A stretch of DNA of 62,829 nt, filler included, from Chiloscyllium plagiosum (Eukaryota), in assembly GCF_004010195.1 (NCBI RefSeq). It is 4 parts of one record of this genome, joined end to end, with 100 filler letters (N's around TTAATTAATTAA, not from the genome) between each part and the next. Parts side by side here need not be neighbours in the genome. Positions count along the whole stretch, not along the records: positions 45,810 to 62,829 come from NC_057710.1; 3 more parts are not named here. One strand, written 5' to 3'. The position numbers were made by a program, and so were the translations under genes. The notes under the pieces are model-generated. The model did no database searches and had not been told where the DNA came from. It saw only the letters and a program-made list of their open reading frames with translations. This document shows, piece by piece, positions 51,945-62,829 of this stretch (positions are counted from its first letter, which is position 1; every line of letters begins with the position of its first letter).

Positions 51945-54400
51945 GTGCTTTGGAACAGATAGAATCAGTTTGAGGAAGATGCATTGAATTGTCTTGTGGT
52001 CTGACTCTGCTGTCACTTTGTCTCTACCAAATAGGCATTCAAAATACCAACAAACATACTCAATAGCCCAGCACTGTTTCTTGTGCTGAGCACAATGTCA
52101 TTCAGTATTCATTAATGCTCTGGATGCAAATACAACTGGTTATCCTTGCTGGATCAAACATTGTTACAAATCCTTTCTCACTGACGTCACACTGCAGTAT
52201 GACTTTATGATTGTCATTGTGTGTCATCACTGGCATAGTCATCATTAATTGTTTGATTCCAGTGAAAGCTGCTTCATGTTCAATGCTTAATAATTTTGCA
52301 TGCCCTGAGCAGTGAGCTTACATACAGGTTCACACTGATGACAAATTAGATAAGAACCTTTCTCAATAGTTCAAGAATACAACAAATCATTGCAATATTT
52401 GCACATCTGTTGGTCTCTGCATGACTTCTATTGCTCTCAATTTGTCAGGATTTGGGTGAAGTCCTTTCACTGTCAATATGTCAGCTTTGTATTTGACTTC
52501 AAGTATTTTAATTACATCTTTTCCTTGTTCAGCTTCAGTTTAATCTTGTGAGCTCTCTCTATCAATTTCAGCAGATTATGATTGTGATCTGCAATGGCTT
52601 TATTCATTGTTCATTCACATTTGTGGACTAGCTGATCATCCACAATAATTTCCACTCTGTGAAGAACATCAAGTTGTTTGTCTTGAAACTATTCTGGAGC
52701 AGTGGAAATGCACCATCTTTTTTGCTTCCTGAATAGCATCCAGAATGTTACTTACTATTTCATCCAGCTTCTCCTGTCAGAAATCATCTTTCATGTCAAG
52801 GGTAGTAAAGACATATGCTGTGGCAAGTTGTGGAAAGTTTATTCAGTTTTTGATACGAGGCTCTGACATCTCTTCAAAGTTTTACTGAGATCCTTTAGAT
52901 GTAGCCAAACTCTCAATTTTCCAGGCTTTTTTCAAAGCTACCATTCTGCTCATCTGGTCAAAAATCACCTTTTTGATTGGCTTCTTCTATTCAGAAATTC
53001 CTTCAGCCCAACATGAGGACAGTTAGAACTTCCTTAGCAAATGTTAAATTGCTCCAACACTTTCATCCACATAGAGATTACATTCACTACCAGGAAGATA
53101 CATAAGATCTATATTGGTATCCATGCAATCACTTATGTTCTGTTCAGGTATGTCCATAAGACCATAAGACCATAAGACATAGGAGCGGAAGTAAGGCCAT
53201 TCGGCCCATCGAGTCCACTCCGCCATTCAATCATGGCTGATGGGCATTTCAACTCCGCTTACTCGCGTTCTCCCCGTAGCCGTTAATTCCTTGTGACATC
53301 AATAATTTATCAATTTCTGCTTTTAAGACATTTAGCGTCCCAGCCTCCACTGCACTCTGCGGCAATGAATTCCACAGGCCCACCACTCTCTGGCTGAAGA
53401 AATGTCTCCGCATTTCTGTTCTGAATTTACCCCCTCTAATTCTAAGGCTGTGTCCATGGGTCCTAGTCTCCTCACCTAACAGAAACAATTTCCTAGTGTC
53501 CACCCTCTCCAAGCCATGTCCAAGGTAACTAGCCCTATCTTTAGACTTGCTTCAGCTGAGATGGGTGAATTTTGTTTAATGTGTACTTTCTGGAACTCCA
53601 AATCTTTATTTTTCTCATTGCATTGGGCTCTCAGTTTTAATTTGGCCTTTCCATCATATAGCCTCAACTGAACTAGCGGGGGCTTCATTTTTGGGGTCAC
53701 CAACTTGGTTCACCTCACACAAGTCTGCAAAGCTCATCATGTTGTACTAAGCATTCACCAAGTATCTGACATTTTATGTTCACTTGATGCTTTCCTTTCA
53801 CAGTTACTATTCAAAACGTTACAAACTCCCTTCAGACCTAATGATACTAACCTGTTGTATTGTTCATCAGAATCATCATCAAAGCCTTCTAACCTTGACT
53901 TTTCTTTTGCTGTCTCTTCTGCAAATTTTTCTTCATTTCTTTTTCCAATTTGTTGTTCACATTTGCTCTGGACCATCTTGTGGCTTAATTGAAAGCCTTG
54001 ACTTTTCACCCATCAATATGATTTACCTGATGATTGACAATCTCAGAACTTCTTCATATGTCAATAGGTTCCTTGAGAGTAAGTTTCACCTCTCCTCTCT
54101 CCCGTGGACTCTTAGCAGGATTAAGCCTCAGGCAATTCTCTCTCTCTGATTAGATCATTTTTCAATTGTCCAGTTTCAGAATCCAGTGAGATGTATCTGT
54201 GCAGTTATACACAGATCAATAGTCTCCTTCCTGCTTGAGCTCTGGTATTGAGCACATGCCATTTGTAAGTAACATTAGCATTGGATTAAAAGTATGTCTC
54301 CAAAGCCTCTTCAAGTTGTCTCCTGCCTTTTTTTTTCTGCTCAGTGAGATCTAGACTGCAATTTGGCTTGTGGCACTCTGTCCTCAGCACTGGTAGTTGT
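51945..54400 (-). mobile_element. Ancient Ty3/Gypsy gag-pol remnant
   Basis: Manual minus-strand translation across frameshifts gives gag-like LKNDLIRERI, RT-like ISTAPE*FQ and EIIVDD, and RNase H-like LQCDVSEKG...PVVFASRAL...ESDHK. Confidence 0.75.
53152..53520 (-). mobile_element. CR1 3' fragment nested in the Gypsy remnant
   Basis: ORF 53249..53512 FFSQRVVGLWNSLP; (ccataaga)n tail. Confidence 0.9.
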
Positions 54401-54634
54401 TTTGCTACTATAATTTGCTGAGCCTTATATACACTTAATTCTATCACTATTTCATAGTATTACCAACCAAAAAATGTCATCGGGCTTGAAACATTAGTTT
54501 TGTTTCTCTATCCACAGATGCTGCCAGACCTGCTGAGTTTATCCAGCATTTTATTGATTTTATTTCGATCTCCAACATCTGCAATTTCTTTGCTTTTATC
54601 TGAGTTACTTCACTCTGTGCACCCTTTAGTCCTG

Positions 54635-55140
54635 AAAGGACACTGCGGCCCAGTAGCATTGCTATTAGATTTTAACCCAGGTAATGTTCTAATGACTGGG
54701 GTTCAAACACTGGAAAAAGCATCAGAGAAACAAGGGAATTGATGTTTCAGGTCGGAACCTTTCGTTAGGTCCTGATGGAAGGTTCCGACCTGAAATGTCA
54801 ACTCCCCTGCTCCTCTGATGCTGCTTGACCAGTTGTGTATTTTCCAGTTCCACACTTTATCGACTCTGAGTTTACAGCACCTGCAATCCTCACTACCTCC
54901 AGTGTTCAAAACCTGCCTTGGAAGACAGCGGAATTTGAGTTCAATAGAAGTCTGGTATTATGAATCTGCTGGATGCTATGAAACTATTGCTAATTGATGG
55001 TGGATACAACTCACCTAATTCACTGATCTCCTTTACCTGACCTGGTCTACATATGACTCCAGACAAACAGCAATATGGTTAACTCTTAACTGCTCTCTTG
55101 CCAATTTGGGATGTGTAATAAATATTGGTCTAGCAGTTAA
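54635..55140 (+). mobile_element. tRNA-derived SINE interrupted at its B box by a fold-back hammerhead element (54708-54903)
   Basis: gttcaaa duplicated at 54701-54707 and 54904-54910; the insert is an inverted repeat around two opposed decayed hammerhead cores. Confidence 0.7.
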
Positions 55141-55489
55141 TGAAATTTAAAATAAATGATTTATTTATAAAATGTGTTTATTTATATAAAGTATTTATAA
55201 CAAAAAAACTTGATATTCTGTTCTTTACAGCTACTTCTTTTTTCATGCTTAAGGACATTTCCAATAGAGTGAAAAGAAAATAATTATATGTTCAATGTCC
55301 TATGTTTACTTATCACATTGTCATATAGAAAGTTACTTTCTAATTCACATAGATTACTATAACAACTCTGTTATTATTTTCTCATCATGTGAACAGTAAC
55401 CAGCCTGAGATATCTGCTGTCACCTAGATTTCTTTTCCAGGACTTCATTTGAGCAAGTATCAAAGCTCTTAAGGACGTTGAAGGACTTT

Positions 55490-55830
55490 TCATTCGAGAT
55501 CAAGTTGAGGGTAGATGATATTTTATTGTCTGTAAGAGCCCACATTTATCAGACCTTATCCCTTTAATCTGTCAAAATGTTCCATGCCATTGAAGAGTAT
55601 ACCATAAATTGGGAAACATCAGAATATCATTACGACTGGTCTATGCTAAATCCATGATTAACTGCTTTCTCTCATACTGTGCTAAGGATAGAGCTAAATA
55701 TCTTGGGAGTTCATTTTCCACTGATATCAAATTATCCCATACAAATTTAAACAGGACCGTCACATCAATCAAAAATGATTCTGACTGATGAACAGTTATT
55801 TCCATTTCATTTTGTGGAAGCGTAGAATGT
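55490..55830 (+). mobile_element. Highly decayed L1-clade RT remnant
   Basis: VDDILL, YTINWETSE and KYLG occur in the expected order and spacing. Confidence 0.5.
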
Positions 55831-56940
55831 TTAAGGTATCCATAATCTCAAAGGATAATTGCGCAAAAAAAGTGAGTGAACATTATTTTTGAAAAGTAAG
55901 TCAATTATTTGCAATTTATATTGCTCAATATAAATCTCCCTCCCCCATCATCATGTTAGTTGATGAAAACTTAGCCTGTTATAGATATATAACTTTGTCG
56001 CCCATACTTCCATGACACGCCAGAATAGACAAATAGTGCAATGTTTTGAAATGCAGCTTAGGGCAATACATACCAAAATTATGGTCAAATATGCTGCAAT
56101 GGTTACAAGACAAGGACTAAGATGTTCAAAAATAATTCTGTTTTGTACTAAATGTGACTATTAGAAACTAATAATATTATTATGGAAGTGAATGTTTTTC
56201 TTATTGTTTTATGGAAATATTAACAAATGAAATACTGAAACCCAACAGAAAGAGCTGATGCTCCTATTTGAAAATCAAGCCGCGTTCTCCTGAGATTCGG
56301 TCCGTCTGGTCGACTCTGAGCCTGCACTTGATTGATGAGCTCAGTTTATTCACCTCCTCCTGAGGTAGTAACAACTTGATGCAGACCTGAGAATCACATT
56401 GATTGGAGTTCAGCCCAGAATATTGAATGGAGGAAATGATCACGGACACTTGCAGATCCTCGATGGATTTCTTGCCTTCAGTCTTCTCCCACTCTCTCAT
56501 GCCCTCCCTCTCCTGCTCACCTGTTACAATCTGAGCAGTTGCAAGTTCAAGACTTTTGATCTTATTCTTCTGATTGTCGTCCCTGAAGACACCCTCCCAC
56601 CCAACCTGACATTAAGTGAGGAAGATGTGATATCCACCCAAATTACAAAGGATTCAATTGCCAGTTGGAGATGGATCTCTGGACTGCCATCACTAACACC
56701 TGAGGAGAGCAAATGGAAGTGAAATAAGGGTTAAGGGTGAAATGCACAACAGGCAGCCAAAATGGGCTACTCAGGTTATTCACAGGGGACAAGAACACCA
56801 ACAGGTCACTGACCTAAAAGCACTGGAAGGAGAGAAGAAGAAGCAGAATGGTACAATGAAAGAAAGTGGGGAGCAACAAAAGAGGAACAGTAATGAGAAG
56901 CGATAATTGAGAGACATCAATAAAATGGTGGATGAGAAAT

Positions 56941-57262
56941 CACAGTGGCTCAGTGGTTAGCACTGCTGCCTCACAGCACCAGAAACCTGGGTTCAATTCC
57001 AGCCTCGGGCAACTGCCTGTGTGGAATTTGCACATTCTCCCCGTGTCTGCGTGGGTTTCCTCTGGGTGCTCTGGTTTCCTCCCAGAATCCAAAGATGTGC
57101 AGGTTAGGTGAATTGACCGTGCTAAATTGCCCATAGTGTTCAGGGGACATGTAGGTAAGGTGCACTAGTCGTGGGTAAATCGAGAGTAATAGGGTAGGGG
57201 AATGGGTTTGGGTGGGATACTCTTCAGAGGGTCGGTGTGAGCTGAAAGGCCTGTAGGGATTC
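56941..57262 (+). mobile_element. HE1-like V-SINE
   Basis: A box TGGCTCAGTGG, B box GGTTCAATTCC, and V-domain ttctccccgtgtctgcgtgggtttcctc...ggtttcctccca. Confidence 0.9.
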
Positions 57263-59824
57263 TTCTTTAAAAAATCATATTCTCCAACTATGTGCAGTAT
57301 TATGGCTCACCGACTATAGTAGTTAATCTAAACTAAGAGGAAGTGATGAGTTTCAAAGAGATAGTTTGGAATTTGTTCTTGCCCAGTGAAATTGTATTCC
57401 ACCTTCCATCCTCTTATATGCTTCAAAATCTATGCCAAAATAGAACAGCTCCTCATCACAATCCTCATGTTCTCTCTGCACTGAGCTGATAATTAATAAA
57501 AATCCTGCTTTCCCAATGCCATTCATTTTCCTTATGAGAGAATTTTAAAGAGTTTCATAGGAAAGAAGCAAGCAAGTTGGCCATCTGACTATTAGAAGGA
57601 GGTGTTTACACTGGAGAGGCTGCAGAGCAGGTTCTCCAGGAGATTACCTGGAATGAAAAATCAGAGTTATGAGCAGAGATTGGATGGAGTGGGTTTGTTT
57701 TCCTTGGAACAGAGGAAGCTGAGGGGGGGAATCTGACTGAGGTATATAAAATTATACAGAGTAGATCATGACAATAATTTCCCCTTGGCAGACTAAGATC
57801 AGAGGGCATGTGTTTCAGGTAAGGATGGTGGCAGAAATAGGGAAAGTGCTGCCAGAGAGTTTGGTTAAGGCAGATACTCTGGCAAAATTTAAGGAACATC
57901 TGGATGAGTACGTAAAATGCCAAAGAATGGCAGGCTATGCACCATATGCAGATAAATGGGATAAGTGTAGCCTGATGTTAGTTGGTCAGCGTATACATGA
58001 TGAGCTGAAGGACCTTTTGTATACTGCATGACTCTATGACTATACGACCCATTGATCTTCTTCTTCCATTTGATTAGGTAATAGCTAATCTGTGTTTCAA
58101 CGTCATTAAGACACCTTTGATACTTATGTCTTTAATATCTTTACCCTTTAGTAATCTATTGTTTTCAGTCCTGAAAATTTCAATTGACCTGATGACCACA
58201 AACTTTTAGGGAAAAAAGACTTCAGATTTCCACTCTCCAACTGGTGACTTTCTCAAAACCAATCAAACTAGTCTTGATTTAGTCTATGCTGAGTCTTTGA
58301 ATTGCTGATACCACCCAAGTACTTTAACACTCTGTCTGTGATTCTGTCAATCGCCATTGAATTCCTCAACAGAAATCTGTGAATTGGGTGCATCTAACCA
58401 TCTATGGTGCAACTGTTATGTGCAATGGGTACTGGGCAAAAAGAGTCCTCAATCCCAAAAGGATGGGTTTTTTTTGTTTGATATGTTGACAAAAAAAAAA
58501 GTATTTCTACTTAATTACAAAGTATAAATACATTATTAATTACTTCAGTGATAAAACCTGTCATGTCGGTTAGAATTTTCACATTAAATCCATTTTCTTT
58601 ACAAGGTCGAAAGCTATTTAGCATCAAAGACCAGAAATCAACTCTGATGTGCACCAATCAGGTCTCTAGAGTAGATGAACAGGTATATCTAACTCGAATG
58701 GAAATCTATTCAGGGGCAATCCAATTTTGCCTCAGTCCTTTTGGTTTCCTGTGTCTGCAATATCCGAGTTTCCCTGAGAGTGCAGTATAATATATAGCAG
58801 TTACTAGCTGACCGAAACATGCCCATGGCATATTGAAGTTTTCAAGAATCTTACATCCATTTATTTTAAGTGGAAAACAAAGACCAGTTTAAAAAATGTC
58901 TGTAAGCAGGAGTCACGCTTTTGGATCCCTTCATCTTACATAGGTGCTCTGGAGTCATAAATTTACCTTTCATGAATAAATTCAAGAGGATTTCTGACTA
59001 AAAGAACTTATTGAAGCATAAACCGAGAACTATTTTCTTGGATTGAGAAATGAATTCAGTTCAAGCTCTGATGTTCTAAGTCGGGCATTATGCTTTTGTT
59101 GTTGCACAGATCCAATTTTGCTTTCAGAGTAACAAGAAGCTGAGTGGAGGTTACCCTATTACACACAAACTACAATCATAGTCATTGAGCAAGAAACACA
59201 ATTTTCATCTTCTTGTACACCTCCCTCCACTAATCTTGAAACGGAAAGAATAAAAGGCAACAGATAATTTTTTTAAACATCTTGGCACAACCCATCACTT
59301 TCGTAAAGTACATAAAAGAAATGCATCTGTTAAGGTTCAGGGAAGCATATGGCACAGAAAGAGGCGATTCACCTCTCATCTTTGCACAGATGGAAATTGA
59401 GTTGCCAATTTCCAGCATTAGTTCCACAGCCATGCAGGTCACAGAATTTGAGGTGTAAATCAAGACACCTTTTAAATAATTTGAGGGTTCCTGCCTCTAC
59501 TATCTTTTCAGAAAAATGAATTCCAAATCCCTAATACCTGCTGGGTGAAAAAAATAACTTTCCATAACCCCCTTTCAATCTTTCTACCACTCGTTTTAAC
59601 TGTTTTTGCCCCAGTTACTGACATCTCTGCTGATGCTCCCATTTCACTTGATCCAGGCCACTGAAAATTTTGATCATCTCCTTCAGCCTCCTCTGTTTTT
59701 AAGAGAACAAACCCAGCCTATCCAATCTTTTCTCTGTATTTTTTTCAATTGGGGTAATATCCTGGTATATCTCCTCAGTACCTTTTCTCATGCAATTACA
59801 TCTTCTCTGATGGAATTGCATGTC

Positions 59825-62010
59825 TCTGATCGTGTTTTCGGGGGATCTTTGAAGAGATGGGGGAGCAGCCCCAAGTCGTGGTCCACAAAGGCACTAACAA
59901 CATAGGTAGGAAAAGAGATGGCAATTTAAGGCTGAAATTCAGGGAGCTAGTGTGGAAGCTTAGTGCTAGAACAAACAGAGATGTTGTCTCTGGTTTGTTG
60001 TCCATGTCACGTGCTAGCGAGGCAAGGAATAGAGAGAGAGAAGAGTTGAACACGTGACTACAGGGATTGTGCAGGAGGGAGGATTTTGGATATCTGGATA
60101 ATTGCGGCTCTTTCTGGGGTAGGTGGGACCTCTACAAACAGGATTGTTTTCATTTGAACCAGAGGGGTACAAATATCCTGGGCGGGGGGGGGGGGGGGGG
60201 GACTTTTCTAAAGGTCTTCAGGTGGGTTTAAACTAATTCAGCAGGGGAGTGGGAACCTAAATTGTAATTTGAGTATATAGGAGTTGAGAGTAGGGAGGTC
60301 AGAGATAAGGTTTCAAGGTTGCAAGAGGGCACTGGCAAGAAAGAAGTTGGTTTGAAGTCTGTTTATTTCAACGCCAGGAGCATCCAGAATAATGTGGGTG
60401 AACTTGCAGTATGGGTTGGCACCTGGGATGGAGATGTGGCCACTTCGGAGACATGGGTAGAGCAGGGACAGGAATGGTTGTTGCAGGTTCCGAGATTTAG
60501 ATGTTTCAGTAAAAACAGAGAGATGGTAAAAGGGGGGTGGGGCATGGCATTTTTAGTCAAGAACAGTATTACAGTGGCAGAAAGAACATTTGAGGACTAG
60601 TCTACTGATGTAGTATGGGCTAAGATTAGAAACAGGAAAGGAGAGGACACCCTGTTGGGTGTTTTCTACAGGCCTCCGAGTAGCTCCAGAGATGTAGAGG
60701 AAAGGATAGCAAAGATGATTCTCAACAGGAGTGAGAGGGGCAAGGTAGTTGTTATGGGGTCTTTAACTTTCCAAATATTAATTGGGAACTCTATAGATCA
60801 AGTACTTCAGATGGTTTAGTTTTTGTCAATGTGTGCAGGAAGGTTTCCTGACACAGTATGCAGACAGGCCAACAAGGGGTGAGATCACATTAGATTTGGT
60901 ACTGGGGAAATGAACCCGGCCAGGTTTTTGATTTGGAGTAGGTGAGCTATTTGGTGATAGTGACCATAATTTGGTTATGTTTACTGTAGCGACGGAAAGG
61001 GATATTCACCGCAGGGCAAGAGTTATAGCTGGGGGAAAGGCAATTATGATGCAATTAGGCAAGATTTAGGATGCATAGGATACGAAAGGAAACTGCAGGG
61101 GATGGGCACAAATGAAATGTGGAGCTTATTCAAGGACTAGCTACTGCGTGTCCTTGATAAGTATGTACCTGTCAGGCAGGGAGGAAGTTGTCTAGCACGG
61201 GAGCTGTGTTTTACTAAGGCAGTTGAACCTCTTGTCAAGAGGAAGAAGAAGGCTTATATTAGGATGAGACATGAGCACTCAGTTAAGGCACTTGAGAATT
61301 ACAAATTCGCCAGGAAACACCTAAAGAGAGAGCGGAGAAGAGCCAGGAGGGGACATGAGAAGTCATTGGCGGATAGGATCAAGGAAAACCCAAGGCTTTT
61401 TATAGGTATATCATGAATAAAAGAATGACTAGAGTAAGATTAGAGCCAATCAAAATTAGTAGTGGGAAGTTGTGCATGGAGTCAGAGGAGATAGGGGATG
61501 CGCTAAATGAATATTTTTTGTCAGCATTCACACAAGAAAAAGACAATGTTGTTGAGAAGAATACTGAGAAACAGGCTACTAGACTAGATGGGATTGAGGT
61601 TCACAAGTAGGAGGTGTTAGCAATTCTGGAAAATGTGAAAATAGATAAGTTCCCTGGGCCGGATGGAATTTATCCTAGGATTCTCTGGGAAGCTAGGGAG
61701 GAGATTGCCGAGCCTTTGGTTTTGATCTTTATGTCATCATTGTATACAGGAATAGTGCCTGAAGACTGGAGAATAGCAAATATTAGTCCCTTATTCAGTG
61801 AGGAGTAGAGACAATCTTGGTAATTATAGACCAGTGAGCCTTACTTTGGTCGTGCGTAAAGAGTTGGAAAAGGTTATAAGAGATAGGAAAAGAATAAGTT
61901 GATTAGGCATAGTCAACATGGTTTTATGAAGTGTAGGTCGTGCCTCACAAATGCTATTGAGTTCTTTGAGATGGTGACCAACCATGTGAATGAGGGTAAA
62001 ATAGTTGACG
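59825..62010 (+). mobile_element. Decayed CR1: ORF1 esterase end, endonuclease and RT start
   Basis: VVVHKGTNNI, YFNARSIQN, KFPGPDGIYPR, SQHGFMKCRSCLTN. Confidence 0.88.
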
Positions 62011-62119
62011 TGAGTTGGGGGGGAAGGGAAAGTGAAAGCGACAGGGAGTATGGAGTTAAATGGAAAGATAAGCAGGAGGATAACATGTATGCAGGTGGAT
62101 TTAAGCTTGAGGCAGACTA

Positions 62120-62550
62120 GGAATGCAACAAAAAGGAAGGATAACAGGACATCTCATGACTTCCAATATCTCTAATGATAAGAAAGTTAGCATTAAGGCA
62201 CTTTACCTCAATGCTCGTAGCATTCGTAACAAAGTAGATGAACTAACGGCACAGATCATCGTGAATGATTATGATGTGGTAGGCATCACAGAGACATGGC
62301 TGTAGAGGGTTCAGGACTGGCAGTTAAACATCCAAGGATTTACAACTTATCGAAAAGACAAGGAGGTGGGCAGAGGGGGCGGGGTGGCCTTGTTAGTTAA
62401 GAATAAAATTAAATCTATGGCACTGAACGACATAGGGTCGGATGATGTGGAGTCTGTGTGGGTGGAATTGAGGAACCACAAAGGCAAAAAAACCAGAGTG
62501 GGAGTTATGTACAAACCTCCTAACTGTGGTCAGGACCAGGGGCGCAACAT
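62120..62550 (+). mobile_element. Second CR1 family, ORF2 endonuclease start
   Basis: YLNARSIRNK, GITETWL, GGGVALL, GVMYKPPN. Confidence 0.85.
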
Positions 62551-62552
62551 GT

Positions 62553-62829
62553 GGGCGGCACGGTGGCACAGTGGTTAGCACTTCTGCCTCACAGCGCCTG
62601 AGTCCCGGGTTCAATTCCCGCCTCAGGCGACTGACTGTGTGGAGTTTGCACGTTCTCCCCGTGTCTGCGTGGGTTTCCTCCGGGTGCTCCGGTTTCCTCC
62701 CACAGTCCAAAGATGTGCAGGTCAGGTGAATTGGTCATGCTAAATTGCCCGTAGTGTTAGGTAAGGGGTAAATGTAGGGGCATGGGTGGGTTGCGCTTCG
62801 ACGGGTCGGTGTGGACTTGTTGGGCCGAA
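62553..62829 (+). mobile_element. HE1-like V-SINE, CpG-rich (young) copy running off the window
   Basis: ggcacggtggcacagtggttagc, ggttcaattcc, V-domain, and a CR1-like tail gggtcggtgtggacttgttgggccgaa. Confidence 0.9.

Noticed and set aside
56230..56930. ORF-rich stretch with exon-like splice signals
   Set aside because: The candidate minus-strand exon has stops in all frames and no recognisable motif.
56941..57010. tRNA gene
   Set aside because: A and B boxes continue into a SINE body; it is a SINE head, as at 62553.
58755..58790. YPSFPE resembling DNAI1 KNPSFPE
   Set aside because: Wrong strand relative to the DNAI1 exons and no similarity on either side.

Overview
Repeat-rich vertebrate genomic DNA, very probably from a shark or ray (HE1/V-SINE-type SINEs, abundant CR1-clade LINEs). 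The only host gene I recognise is two minus-strand exons of DNAI1 (4162-4251 and 2865-2952); the first ends in a GC donor. The main blocks are: a ~13.4 kb tandem array of a 31-bp unit (14084-27480); a complete but disabled class I (gamma-type, probably HERV-I/IP-like) endogenous retrovirus (27609-37513) whose 3' LTR is split by a CR1 LINE; two Penelope-like elements (PLEs) with inverted arms; an unassigned CpG-island promoter (~42.8-43.5 kb); and decayed Gypsy, Rex1, L1 and CR1 pieces. The most interesting signal is a set of minimal type I hammerhead-ribozyme motifs with covarying stems. They occur in the PLE terminal repeats and in at least three families of short non-coding, often fold-back, elements flanked by target-site duplications (TSDs). 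Three 100-bp N/TTAATTAATTAA/N blocks are assembly linkers. All calls were made by eye without database searches; boundaries of old repeats are approximate.
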